From: an uncultured Chloroflexia bacterium
Lineage (GTDB): Bacteria; Chloroflexota; Anaerolineae; JAAYZQ01
Length of the DNA stretch: 64,000 nucleotides
Assembly: GCA_963700285.1 (NCBI GenBank)
Contig: CAVOXA010000010.1
Coordinates: 480,001 to 544,000 of the forward strand
Reading direction: 5' to 3'
Positions 1 to 9,916 of this stretch are shown here, piece by piece; positions within the stretch are counted from its first letter, which is position 1, and every line of letters begins with the position of its first letter. A program made the position numbers and the translations under genes. Below the pieces are notes generated by a model that worked only from the letters and a program-made list of their open reading frames with translations, was not told the origin of the DNA and ran no database searches.

Positions 1-459
1 CTCTACAGCATTGCCGGCCCCGTCCCGAAAGAACGCTATACAATCCCTCTGGGGCAGGCAGCGATCTGCAGGGAAGGCTCTGACGCGACCGTCGTTTCCT
101 ATTCCGCCATGGTGGGCGCGGCCAAAGGAGCCGCCAAAGTGCTGGCCGGCGAGGATGTGGACGTGGAAGTCATAGACCTGCGCACCTTGGTTCCCTTTGA
201 CGAAGAGGCAGTCGTCGCCTCCGTCTGCAAGACAGGGCGGTTGGTCGTTGCCCATGAGGCAGTACGGCGCACCGGCTTCGGGGCCGAGGTGGCGGCAACC
301 ATAGCCGATAGCAACGCATTTGGCTACTTGCAGGCCCCCATCGTGCGGGTTGGGAATCCGAACGTACCGTTGCCCTATAGCCGAGCATTGCAAAAGTACG
401 CCCTACCTGGCCAGGAGGAGATCGTAGCTGCCGTGCGGCGCGTCATGACCTACGCGTAG
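1..459 (+). CDS. 2-oxoacid/acetoin dehydrogenase E1 beta subunit, 5' truncated by window edge
   Basis: Frame open from base 1: IPLGQAAICREGSDATVV, EVIDLRTLVPFD, KTGRLVVAHEA, GFGAEVAA; transketolase C-terminal motifs. Confidence 0.9.
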   Translation, partial: LYSIAGPVPKERYTIPLGQAAICREGSDATVVSYSAMVGAAKGAAKVLAGEDVDVEVIDLRTLVPFDEEAVVASVCKTGRLVVAHEAVRRTGFGAEVAATIADSNAFGYLQAPIVRVGNPNVPLPYSRALQKYALPGQEEIVAAVRRVMTYA

Positions 460-564
460 CAGAAACCCGGGGCGCCCGAAGCAGGTAGGCGCGGATAGGC
501 CTGTCATTTTCGTTTTTTCTGTGCGGTTTGTGCCCATCTGCTCCGCACGGTTTTGGGAGGAACC

Positions 565-1905
565 ATGGCAACTGCTGTCAAAATGCAGCGCCTGAGCAAG
601 TTCACGGAGACGAGCGAGGTCGTGGAATGGTTCAAGGTCCCCGGAGATCCCCTCCGGGAGGGCGAGCCGCTGCTCATGGTGTCCAGCGACAAAGCGATGG
701 TCGAAATCGATGCACCTGCGGGCGGCATACTGCTCAAGGTTGCTGTGCCCGCGGGGACGGAGGTCCAGGCTGGCGAGGTACTGGCCTGGATCGGGCAGCC
801 CGGTGAGACCCTGGAAACAAAAGACCCCGCTGCCCCGCTCCCAGCTCGGCCGCCCGGTTCGGAAACAGGAGCAGAAATCCCATCCAGGCCTGCGGTCCCG
901 GGCAGAATCAAGGCCGTACCTGCTGCGCGGCGCCTGGCGGTTGAACACCACCTCCCCCTTGAGGGCCTGAGTGGTACTGGGCCAGGCCAGATCATTACCA
1001 AGGCGGACGTCGAAAAAGCCATCCTAGAGATCGCAGATATGCGCCCAGATGGAAAGCGCAAGATCTCACCCGTAGCCCGTCGGTTGGCAGAAGAACAGGG
1101 GCTGGAAATCGAACAGATCGAGGGAACGGGGCCAGGTGGGCAGATCATAAAGGCCGACGTTCAGCGCCTGCTCGATGAGCCTCTCCTGGCTGTACACCCT
1201 ACCCCCTCTCTGGAGGAGACCCCGACCGGGCCGGAGAGCACGGTCCTGCCACTTGGAGACTTGCGGCGGGCCATGGCCCAGCGCATGACGGCCAGCCACC
1301 AGAGCATCGTGCAAGCGACCACGGTCGCCGATGTGGACATGACCGAAATCGTCCGGCTGCGAGAGCGCATCCCGGCTAGCTATACTGCCTTTGTGATCAA
1401 GGCCGCTACGATGTCCATTTCAGATTTCCCTCTCATCAACGCAACGTTGGAGCAAGATACGATCGTATTGAAGCCGCACGTACACATGGGTGTGGCGGTA
1501 GCGCGGGATGACGGCTTGCTCGTACCTGTCATCCGGCATGCCGAAAGCAAGTCTTTGGCCCAGATCCACCGGGAGATAGAAGCGTACTCAAGCCGTGCCC
1601 TCAGCCGGGGCCTCACTGTCGAGGAGATGAGGGGGCCCACGATGACAGTGACCAATTCGGGGGTGTTTGGTTCTCTTCTGTTTACCCCGATCATTGTGAC
1701 GCCCCAAAGCGCCACCCTGGGCATGGGCAAAGTGGCGCCGACACCGGTCGTACGTGACGGCCAGATCGCCGTCCGCGAAATCATGTACCTTTGCCTGAGC
1801 TACGATCACCGCTTCTTGGACGGTGCAATCGCGGTTCGCTACCTGCAGAAAGTCAAAGCCTATTTGGAGGATCCCATCACTTTGCTTTGGGACGAGGAAC
1901 AGTAG
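565..1905 (+). CDS. Dihydrolipoamide acyltransferase (E2)
   Basis: Lipoyl motif SDKAMVEI, two E3-binding repeats (PAARRLA..GTGPGQIITKADV; PVARRLA..GTGPGGQIIKADV), catalytic DHRFLDG; GGAGG before ATG 565. Confidence 0.92.
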   Translation: MATAVKMQRLSKFTETSEVVEWFKVPGDPLREGEPLLMVSSDKAMVEIDAPAGGILLKVAVPAGTEVQAGEVLAWIGQPGETLETKDPAAPLPARPPGSETGAEIPSRPAVPGRIKAVPAARRLAVEHHLPLEGLSGTGPGQIITKADVEKAILEIADMRPDGKRKISPVARRLAEEQGLEIEQIEGTGPGGQIIKADVQRLLDEPLLAVHPTPSLEETPTGPESTVLPLGDLRRAMAQRMTASHQSIVQATTVADVDMTEIVRLRERIPASYTAFVIKAATMSISDFPLINATLEQDTIVLKPHVHMGVAVARDDGLLVPVIRHAESKSLAQIHREIEAYSSRALSRGLTVEEMRGPTMTVTNSGVFGSLLFTPIIVTPQSATLGMGKVAPTPVVRDGQIAVREIMYLCLSYDHRFLDGAIAVRYLQKVKAYLEDPITLLWDEEQ

Positions 1906-2053
1906 GAAGGGCTATCTCCAGCCGGAGAGCGTGACGCGCAGTTCCGGAACATGCGCATCGATGGGATTGGCCCGGCAGACATCCTTGCCGGGAATCAGGG
2001 TCTGAGGTTGAGGCATGGGGGACCATAGGAATGCAGCCACAGGGGAGGTGCTC

Positions 2054-3322
2054 ATGGGAAACGAAAAACTGGCCATAATGGGTGGACCGCCTGTCCATCC
2101 CGGTGAAGCCATCCCGTTGACAAAGGTCTCGTGGGGTGAAGGGGAGCAGAGCGGAGTCCAGCGGGTCTTTGAATCTGGCATTTTTTGTTCTGTGTACCAA
2201 GAAGCCACTGAAGTAAAGGCACTGGAAAAAGAATTTGCCAAATGTGTCGGCGCGCGCCACGCCGTGGCCTTTAACTCAGGCACAACTGCGCAACACGCCG
2301 CACTCGCGGCCCTGGGCATCGGGCCAGGGGATGAGGTCATCGTCCCCCCTCTGACCTTCCTCTCCACGGCGTACACTGTCTTGATCGCCGGTGCCGTACC
2401 GGTCTTTGCTGACGTCTGCCGCGACACCATCATCATTGACCCGCAAGAGATCAAGGACAAGATCTCGGCCCGGACAAAGGCCATCGTACCCGTCCACTGG
2501 CTCGGGCATCCTGCAGACATGGCAGAGATCTTGTCGCTTGCCGCCGAAAACGGCATCGAGGTCATCGAGGACTGCGCCCACGGGCCGGGGATAACGCTGC
2601 ACGGACGGCAAACTGGAAAGTTTGGGCGGATCGCTTGTTGGAGTCTGCAGCAGTCCAAAGTACTCACCGCCGCTGGCGAAGGCGGGCTGGCCACCACGGA
2701 CGATGACTTGCTTGCAGCTCGTCTTGAACAGATCTGCCACCATGGCAAAGCCAAGACAGGTAAAGCGCCCTCTGATTTTGTCGCCCCCTACCAGGTCACT
2801 GCACTGGGAAACAACTACCGGCTCAGCGAAATGCAGGCAGCCTTTGCTCGCGCCCAGTTGAGCAAGCTTAAAGACCTCCAGGAACGGAGGAAAAAGGCTT
2901 TTGTCTACCTGCACACAGGGGTTCGCGACATTCCTGGCCTCGAACTTCTGGTCCCCCGTTCGGGCGCGGGGCTGTCCTACTATGTCTTTCCGGTCCTCTT
3001 TCCTAAAGAACACTTTTCAGTGTCAGTCGCGCAGATCAACGCTGCGATGCACGCAGAGGGGATTGCCACCCATCCCATCGGCCTCGACGAACTCTGTCAT
3101 GTACACCCATTGTTTGCCGAGGCTGAGGGGCGGGCCACGGCTCCCGCTTTCAAGTTCCGCGGCGATGCGCCGCTGCCCCTGTATGGCTGGGGCACGCTGC
3201 CGGTTGCCGAAAAGATCGCCCACGAGCTGCTCTTGCTGCCACTGTACCCTGAACTGTCAGAGCAGGATTCAGATGACATTATTTCGGCCACACGCAAGGT
3301 GGCCAGCGCATACCGGCGCTAG
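2054..3322 (+). CDS. DegT/DnrJ/EryC1/StrS PLP aminotransferase
   Basis: NSGTTA, GPGDEVIVPPLTF, IEDCAH, SLQQSKVLTAAGEGG (PLP Lys), GNNYRLSE; GGAGG before ATG 2054. Confidence 0.92.
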   Translation: MGNEKLAIMGGPPVHPGEAIPLTKVSWGEGEQSGVQRVFESGIFCSVYQEATEVKALEKEFAKCVGARHAVAFNSGTTAQHAALAALGIGPGDEVIVPPLTFLSTAYTVLIAGAVPVFADVCRDTIIIDPQEIKDKISARTKAIVPVHWLGHPADMAEILSLAAENGIEVIEDCAHGPGITLHGRQTGKFGRIACWSLQQSKVLTAAGEGGLATTDDDLLAARLEQICHHGKAKTGKAPSDFVAPYQVTALGNNYRLSEMQAAFARAQLSKLKDLQERRKKAFVYLHTGVRDIPGLELLVPRSGAGLSYYVFPVLFPKEHFSVSVAQINAAMHAEGIATHPIGLDELCHVHPLFAEAEGRATAPAFKFRGDAPLPLYGWGTLPVAEKIAHELLLLPLYPELSEQDSDDIISATRKVASAYRR

Positions 3323-3358
3323 CTGGAAGCTGTCAATGCACAGTCCAGTACTGCAAGC

Positions 3359-4201
3359 ATGGGGCTTTGCCAGGCATTGCCGGAGCCACGCGAGCCAGGA
3401 GCATCTGGCCGGGCAACGCTGCCAGCCATGATGATTCACGGTAAACCACGCCTGCTTCAGTCGTACGCCTTTCCGGAGCAGTGGCCTGTGCTCGCCCTGG
3501 CCCCGCATCCAGACGACTTTGATGCCATCGGCGTGACGATGCGCTATTTCCAGGAGAATGGAAATTCGCTGCACGTCGCTGTCGCCACCCCTGGGGCCAG
3601 CGGCGTGGAGGACAGCTTCTGCCTGCCGCCAACTGTGGGGGCCAAGGGACGGCTCCGCGAACAGGAACAACGGGCCAGTTGCCAATTCTTTGGGCTGCCA
3701 GACGACCACCTGGTCTTTCTCCGACTCGAAGAGGATGAAGCAGGGCACCCGGCGGACAACGCGGCGAACCTCGAGCGTGTCCGCCAATGTTTTCTGAACA
3801 GGAGGCCGGCGCTGGTATTTTTGCCTCACGGGCACGATACCAACCAGGGTCACCAGCGCATCTATGCCATGCACTACCAGGTAGCGCTCGAGGCGGGGTA
3901 CCCGTTGGCTACCTTCTTGAATCGCGATCCCAAGACAGTCCACATGCGCTGCGACATGGTCCTGGGCTATGGGCTGGAGGAAGCTGCCTGGAAAGGGGAA
4001 CTATTGCGCTTCCACCGATCCCAGCACCAGCGGAACCTGAACCAACGAGGGCATGGTTTCGACGAGCGCATCCTGAGCATGGACCGGCAAAGCGCAGAAG
4101 CATGTTCGTTGGACGAACCATACGCTGAGGCCTTTGAAGCAGAGTTCTTTGGCGCCAGGGGGTTCAGCAGCATCCCCGGATGGCGCGAGAGGGAGCAGTA
4201 A
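3359..4201 (+). CDS. PIG-L/LmbE family deacetylase
   Basis: APHPDD metal motif, R-EQ-AS segment, FHRSQ; start uncertain (3359 or 3428). Confidence 0.8.
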   Translation: MGLCQALPEPREPGASGRATLPAMMIHGKPRLLQSYAFPEQWPVLALAPHPDDFDAIGVTMRYFQENGNSLHVAVATPGASGVEDSFCLPPTVGAKGRLREQEQRASCQFFGLPDDHLVFLRLEEDEAGHPADNAANLERVRQCFLNRRPALVFLPHGHDTNQGHQRIYAMHYQVALEAGYPLATFLNRDPKTVHMRCDMVLGYGLEEAAWKGELLRFHRSQHQRNLNQRGHGFDERILSMDRQSAEACSLDEPYAEAFEAEFFGARGFSSIPGWREREQ

Positions 4202-4238
4202 AGAACTCGGGGCCTGACTGCAGCGGAAAAGGGGAATC

Positions 4239-5687
4239 ATGGCAAGGAAGAACTTTCTAATTATCGCCACCGATCAGCTCCGTTTGGACGCAGTGGGCGC
4301 CTATGGCAGCCCCATCTGCCGGACCCCTGCCCTGGACCGCCTGGCTGCTGCCGGCACCCGATTTGACAATGCCTATTCGATATGCGCGCTGTCCAGCCCG
4401 GCTCGAGCATCCATGTACACCGGCTTGTATCCCCACCGGCATGGGCTGGTGGTCAACGAGGACGAGTTTTTTGACGACGTACGGCTGGTGTCGGAGGATT
4501 TCAGAGAAGCGGGCTATGCCTGCGGCTTTGTGGGCAAGTGGCACTGTGGCACGGCAAAGCTGCCCAGTGATTTCGGGTTCGAGGGCATGGCTGTTCCAGG
4601 CTATGGCAACTGCAAAAAGACAACCGAGTACCGCGCCTATCTCCGAGAAAACAAACTGGAGCCAGGGGAGATCGTGCCCCTGGGCACAGGCTGGCGGAAC
4701 AATATCCTGCTCAACGGGATGCTCACCGGCCCAGTAGAAGCATCGGTCCCCTACTTTCTGGCCGAATATACCATTGACATGCTGGCCAGGTATCAGAAAG
4801 AGGAAGAGCCTTTCCTGCTGTTCTGCAACTTTTGGGGGCCGCATGCACCCTACCTGCCCACCGAACCTTACGCATCGATGTACGACCCCAGAGAGATCCC
4901 GCCCTGGGGGAACTTTTACGACGATTTGGCGGGCAAACCCAATGCCCACCGGCGCTACCGGGACGCCTTCTTGGGCGAGGGCAACGAATTGCGGAGTTGG
5001 GAAGAGTGGTCCACCTGGGTGGCCAAGTACTTTGGATTTGTGACCATGATCGATGCTCAGATCGGCCGCATCCTGGACGCCTTGGAGGCATTGGGTCTAG
5101 CCGAGGAGACCGTCGTGCTGTTCACCACCGATCACGGAGACCATACCGGCGCCCATGGGGGTATCCACGACAAGAGCGCCATGATGTACCAGGAAACCTA
5201 CCACATCCCCTTCATCGCTCGCATACCGGGATCGGGAGGGGGACGCGTTGTAGACCAGCCGATCACCAACATGGACATCACGCCCACCCTCTACGACCTG
5301 GCTGGCATTCCCCCCCGCCGGACGCTGGATGGACGAAGCCTGGCTCCGCTGCTTGCTGGTGGGGAAGACGTAGCTTGGGACGAAGACGTGATGTGCGTCT
5401 TTAACGGCCATCATTTCGCCTACCAATCGCGGATGGTCACCGACGGCAGGACCAAGTATGTCTTTAACGCGCCCGAGATAGACGAATTCTACGACCTTGA
5501 GCGCGATCCATGGGAGATGCACAATCTGATCGACGACGAGGCCCACCGTGACGAGATAGCACACAAACGCTGGCGCTTGATCTATTGGGCAGAAGAGGTT
5601 GGGGATCCCCTGTCGGGCTGGATCGGAGACCTCCACGCCCCCAGGGAGCGTACCACCCCGGAGGAGTACACGCCCTATCGTGATTGA
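4239..5687 (+). CDS. Sulfatase-family hydrolase, Ser at the formylglycine position
   Basis: IATDQLR, RTPALDRLA, SSPARASMYTG, GKWH, TTDHGD; no signal peptide. Confidence 0.9.
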   Translation: MARKNFLIIATDQLRLDAVGAYGSPICRTPALDRLAAAGTRFDNAYSICALSSPARASMYTGLYPHRHGLVVNEDEFFDDVRLVSEDFREAGYACGFVGKWHCGTAKLPSDFGFEGMAVPGYGNCKKTTEYRAYLRENKLEPGEIVPLGTGWRNNILLNGMLTGPVEASVPYFLAEYTIDMLARYQKEEEPFLLFCNFWGPHAPYLPTEPYASMYDPREIPPWGNFYDDLAGKPNAHRRYRDAFLGEGNELRSWEEWSTWVAKYFGFVTMIDAQIGRILDALEALGLAEETVVLFTTDHGDHTGAHGGIHDKSAMMYQETYHIPFIARIPGSGGGRVVDQPITNMDITPTLYDLAGIPPRRTLDGRSLAPLLAGGEDVAWDEDVMCVFNGHHFAYQSRMVTDGRTKYVFNAPEIDEFYDLERDPWEMHNLIDDEAHRDEIAHKRWRLIYWAEEVGDPLSGWIGDLHAPRERTTPEEYTPYRD

Positions 5688-5735
5688 CTCGCTCCAAGCG
5701 CAAGAGAGAACTTCCAACGAAAGGAGCCTGCAGCT

Positions 5736-7217
5736 TTGGCTGAAAAGCTTCCAAATATCCTGCTGATCATCACCGACCAGCAGCGCACGGATACCCTGGG
5801 CTTCAGGGGGAAGACCCCATGCCGCACCCCCAACATGGACCGCCTCGCGCGCGAGGGCATTTCGTTTGACCGCGCCATCTGCTCCAGCCCGCTCTGCCTG
5901 CCGTCGCGGGCCTCCATCTTTACGGGCCAGTATCCACACCAGGTCAATATGATGCAGAACAACGACACGATCCGCACCGAGCCCACGTTGACCGACCGCC
6001 TGCGGGCGCGCGGTTACTATACGGGCTACGCAGGCAAATGGCACATGGAGCCCGATGGCCAACCGAAGGCATTTAGAGGCAGAGAAGAGGAATTGGGCCT
6101 GGCAAAAGTGCATGGCGGCGTGGTCATGCCCAAAGGAGAAAGGGCCATCGATCGCTGGTTTGACATCGCCGACGGCCAGGGCACCTACGATTATTCAGTC
6201 TGGTGCGAGGAACAGGGACTGCCCGACGGCTGGCCGGTATCAGATCCGGACGTGCGCACCCACCGCACACCCTCGATGAGCATCCCTAAACCCAAAGTTC
6301 AGGATCTCCCGGCCGACAAGACCTTTGACGCCTGGGTGACCGACATGACCCTTCGTTTCTACCACGGACGCCCCAAGGACAAACCCTTCTTCCTGGTGAG
6401 TGGTTGGTTCGGCCCTCACCCGCCTTTTTTGATCCCCGAGCCATTCTTCAGCATGTACGACCCGGCCTGCATTCCGGAGCCGCCAAACTTTGGGCCGCTG
6501 CCGGGCAAACCCCAGGCAAACACCAGCAGCTTCTACCACCAACTCTGGCTGGACCACGGCCAGGACTGGGAAGCCTGGAAAAAGCCGGTAGCGGTATACT
6601 GGGGCTATGTCACCATGATGGACGCTCTGGTCGGCCGGCTGCTCAGTGCCCTCGAAGAGGACCAGGTCCTCGACGATACGCTGGTCATTTTCATGTCCGA
6701 CCATGGTGAGATGCTGGGTAGCCATGGGCTATGGCACAAGATGATGCCCTATGAAGAGTGTTTGCGCGTGCCACTGCTGATGCGCTTGCCCGGCCGCATC
6801 GAGCCCGGCGTCCGCAGCCAGGCCGTGAACTCCTTGATCGACGTGCCGGCTACCATCCTGTCTCTGATTGGCGAGCAGGTGCCGGAAGAATATGTGGGGC
6901 GAGATCTTTCGCCCGCTTTCCGGGACGGCTCCGTGTTCCAGGAGGATGCCTACCGCTTCTCTGAGCACAAGCCTCTGGGCGAATGGCACGGCACCGTGGA
7001 ATGGAGGCTGGTGGTTGACGACCGGTTCAAGTATGCCTGGAACCAAAACGACCTGGACGAGCTGTACGATCTACAGGCCGACCCCTACGAGGTAATCAAC
7101 CTGAGCCACGACCCAGACTACAGACAGGAACGCGAGCGGCTCCGGAAACGACTGCGTCGCTGGATGGAAGAAACGAACGATCCGCTCCTGGACTGCTTCG
7201 ACCGGCAGAAGGCATGA
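5736..7217 (+). CDS. Sulfatase-family hydrolase (Cys type)
   Basis: ITDQQR, CLPSRASIFTG, GKWH, SDHGEM, ELYDLQADPYE; TTG start after AAGGAG. Confidence 0.92.
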   Translation: MAEKLPNILLIITDQQRTDTLGFRGKTPCRTPNMDRLAREGISFDRAICSSPLCLPSRASIFTGQYPHQVNMMQNNDTIRTEPTLTDRLRARGYYTGYAGKWHMEPDGQPKAFRGREEELGLAKVHGGVVMPKGERAIDRWFDIADGQGTYDYSVWCEEQGLPDGWPVSDPDVRTHRTPSMSIPKPKVQDLPADKTFDAWVTDMTLRFYHGRPKDKPFFLVSGWFGPHPPFLIPEPFFSMYDPACIPEPPNFGPLPGKPQANTSSFYHQLWLDHGQDWEAWKKPVAVYWGYVTMMDALVGRLLSALEEDQVLDDTLVIFMSDHGEMLGSHGLWHKMMPYEECLRVPLLMRLPGRIEPGVRSQAVNSLIDVPATILSLIGEQVPEEYVGRDLSPAFRDGSVFQEDAYRFSEHKPLGEWHGTVEWRLVVDDRFKYAWNQNDLDELYDLQADPYEVINLSHDPDYRQERERLRKRLRRWMEETNDPLLDCFDRQKA

Positions 7218-7288
7218 ACAAGTGAGCGTCCAGTCCTGGGCCAGAATCGTGGGTACCAAACTGGACAAGAATGGAGTATAATATCATC

Positions 7289-8456
7289 ATGCACATCATT
7301 GACCAAGGCGTCATTTTTGACGCATCCATGGCTGCGCCCGAAGCCCGTTTCTGCACTTTCACCACGCTGGAGCGATTGAGCGATGGCCGGTTGCTTGCCG
7401 GGTTCCGTACCGGCAGCGCCAAGGACTCTGCTGATGAGAGCATCCGCATCCTGCTCAGCCAGGACGATGGGGCCACCTGGCAGACAGTGTGCGAGGGGTT
7501 TGGCGAGATCCCGCCTGGCAGTGGGGGGCGCCTCCGGGCGGTAGGATTCACAGAGACCGGTCCCGGACGGCTGCTCGGGGTGTTCATGTGGATGGACCGC
7601 TCAGACCCCAGCCTGCCACTGGCCAGTCCCGAGACCCAGGGCATTCTTCCCTCCAAGGTCTTGGTCGCGGAATCGGAGGACGGAGGACACGACTGGGGTC
7701 CCATGCGCGAGGTGCCCCTGCTGCCGCACAAGGGCAACGCCGTTACGGGCAACATTCTGGCCCTGCGCGACGGCGTCCTGGCCCTACCCTACGAAGCCTG
7801 GAAGGAATATCACGACACCGGCCCAGGCCAGCATCACGCCGCACTGCGCCTCTCCTCCAATGGGGGGCGAACATGGACGAGGTCCCGAGATCGTAGCCCA
7901 CGACACCCAGGGCCGCCTGTTGTTCTGGGATCAGCGCCTGGCGGTCAACCCGAAGGATGGCCGGCTCATCGCCATGTTCTGGACGCATGACCGGGAAGCG
8001 CAGCAGGATGTAGCCATTCACGTGGCCTGGGGGTCGACGGATGGCAGATCGTGGAGCGCGCCCGTTTCGACGGGCATCGCCGGCCAGATCTGCGTGCCGC
8101 TCTGGCTGCCGGGCGGGCGGGTATTTGCGGCCTATGTTCACCGCCACCATCCACCCAGCCTGAGGGCCATTCTGAGCAATGACGTTGCCAGCGGGAGCGC
8201 TGGGCAGAGCTGGCCCGAGGCTGAGGAACTGGTCTTTTATGAAAAAGCGCGAGGCGGGCAAGAATCAGGCATGGGCGGCAAGCGTGACTTTGGCGACTAT
8301 TGGGCTGACATGAGCATCTGGACCTTTGGGCACCCTGCTGCAGTGGTTCTGGCAGACTCGCATGGCTCAGAGAATGGTGACGTCTTGGTCGCCTACTATG
8401 CCGGCGACGAAGCGTCCATGAGCATACACTGGGTGCGGATCGATGTCTCCAGGTAG
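7289..8456 (+). CDS. BNR/Asp-box (sialidase-like) beta-propeller protein, one frameshift near 7879
   Basis: Asp boxes SQDDGATW, SEDGGHDW, SSNGGRTW, STDGRSW run across ORFs 7271-7990 and 7860-8456, which join into one protein. Confidence 0.78.
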
Positions 8457-8548
8457 TTGATCACCTTGCCAACCCGCAGGTTGGGGAACGATTGGGAGCC
8501 TGTTATCCTTTCTTGTTTGGTACGGATCGATGATGTCCCAGGGAGGGT

Positions 8549-9916
8549 ATGATGGACAGAGTATACGCTTATATCGATGCCCACATCGAGCGCAGGATCG
8601 GGCTGCTGGAGCGGCTCTGCCGCCAGCCCAGCATCTCGGCCCACGGGGTGGGTCTGGTAGAAATGGCCGAGTTAACGGCCGAGGTCATGCGCGAGTATGG
8701 CCTCGATGCCGAGCTGCTGCCGGTGGATGGCGGCCCTCCGCTGGTATATGCCGAGGTCGCCGGGCGCTCGCCGCGGACGCTTCTTTTTTACAACCATTAT
8801 GACGTACAGCCCGCTGACCCGCTGGATGAATGGACATCACCCCCCTTTGAACCCGCCCGTCGCGAGGGAAAGCTCTTTGCCCGGGGCGTCAGCGACAACA
8901 AAGGCGACCTGGCTGTACGCCTGGAGGCCGTTGCCGCCTTGCGAGAGGTACACGGTGAACTTCCCCTCACAATCAAGTTCCTGGCAGAAGGCGAGGAGGA
9001 AAGCGGCAGCCCAAACTTTCCGGCAGCAGTGCGGGCGTACAAGGACAAGCTGGCGGCCGACGTCTGTTTGAGCGAGGGGACCGGCATCGGGCCGGATGGG
9101 AACCCGTCGCTGGTACTAGGCGTCAAGGGCATGTTGTACGTAGAGCTTTCAATCCAGACAGCGCAGGTGGATGCCCACTCGGCCTACGCCACGGTGGTAC
9201 CCAGCGCAGCATGGGCGCTGGTATCCGCCTTGGACTCCCTCAGGCAGCCCGATGGCCGTGTGGCCATCAATGGCTTTTACGACGCGGTACGGCCCCTGAC
9301 GGCCCAGGAAAAGGAGGCACTGGCGGCGATACCAGATACCTCTGGGGCGCTGCGCAAAGCGCTGGGGCTTGAGGCATTCCTGGATGATCTCCGGGGTTAT
9401 GCCTGGCAGGAGAGGCTGTACGGCGCCCCCACCTGCAACATCTGCGGACTGGAAACTGGCTACACTGGACCCGGTCTAAAGACCGTACTGCCGGCCAGAG
9501 CCCGGGCCAAGGTGGATTTCCGACTGGTACCCGACCAGAAGCCGCAAGAGATACTGGCCCAACTGCGCGCCCACCTGGACCACCACGGCTTTTCCCATGT
9601 CGATATCAAGCCCATTGCAGACCACGAACGCGCCGTACGCACGCCGGTAGATGACCCGTGGGTGCGGACAACAGCCCGGGTCGCGGAAGCATTCTATGGC
9701 AAGTCACCCGAGATTGCCATCAACAGCCCCGGAACCGCGCCCATGGATGTGCTGGTAGACGAGGTGACAACCTCGCTGCTCTTTGCACCGGGTGGGGCGG
9801 GCTATGAGGGCTCGCGCATCCATGCACCGGACGAGCACATCCGCCTCTCCGACCTGACGGAGGCCACAAAGATGACGGCTCTTCTGCTGAAGCAATTCGG
9901 AGGTAAAATCCCATGA
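8549..9916 (+). CDS. M20/M25/M40 metallopeptidase (ArgE/DapE-like)
   Basis: YNHYDVQP, ARGVSDNKG, EGEEESGS, IHAPDE. Confidence 0.92.
   Translation: MMDRVYAYIDAHIERRIGLLERLCRQPSISAHGVGLVEMAELTAEVMREYGLDAELLPVDGGPPLVYAEVAGRSPRTLLFYNHYDVQPADPLDEWTSPPFEPARREGKLFARGVSDNKGDLAVRLEAVAALREVHGELPLTIKFLAEGEEESGSPNFPAAVRAYKDKLAADVCLSEGTGIGPDGNPSLVLGVKGMLYVELSIQTAQVDAHSAYATVVPSAAWALVSALDSLRQPDGRVAINGFYDAVRPLTAQEKEALAAIPDTSGALRKALGLEAFLDDLRGYAWQERLYGAPTCNICGLETGYTGPGLKTVLPARARAKVDFRLVPDQKPQEILAQLRAHLDHHGFSHVDIKPIADHERAVRTPVDDPWVRTTARVAEAFYGKSPEIAINSPGTAPMDVLVDEVTTSLLFAPGGAGYEGSRIHAPDEHIRLSDLTEATKMTALLLKQFGGKIP

Noticed and set aside
565-1905. Duplicated E3-binding domain and no adjacent E3 gene
   Set aside because: Tandem binding domains are known in E2 proteins, and E3 may lie upstream of the window or be shared.
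1936-1996. Palindrome gttccggaac and cccggca/tgccggg hairpin as a riboswitch or terminator
   Set aside because: Short GC stems, no U-tract and no recognisable aptamer.
2054-4201. Aminoglycoside or O-antigen biosynthetic cluster
   Set aside because: No glycosyltransferase, NDP-sugar enzyme, cyclase or resistance gene; the context is uptake and catabolism.
7277-7291. TATAAT 6 nt before ATG 7289 (leaderless internal promoter)
   Set aside because: No supporting -35 or extended -10, and a GGAG RBS-like motif is also present; undecidable from sequence.
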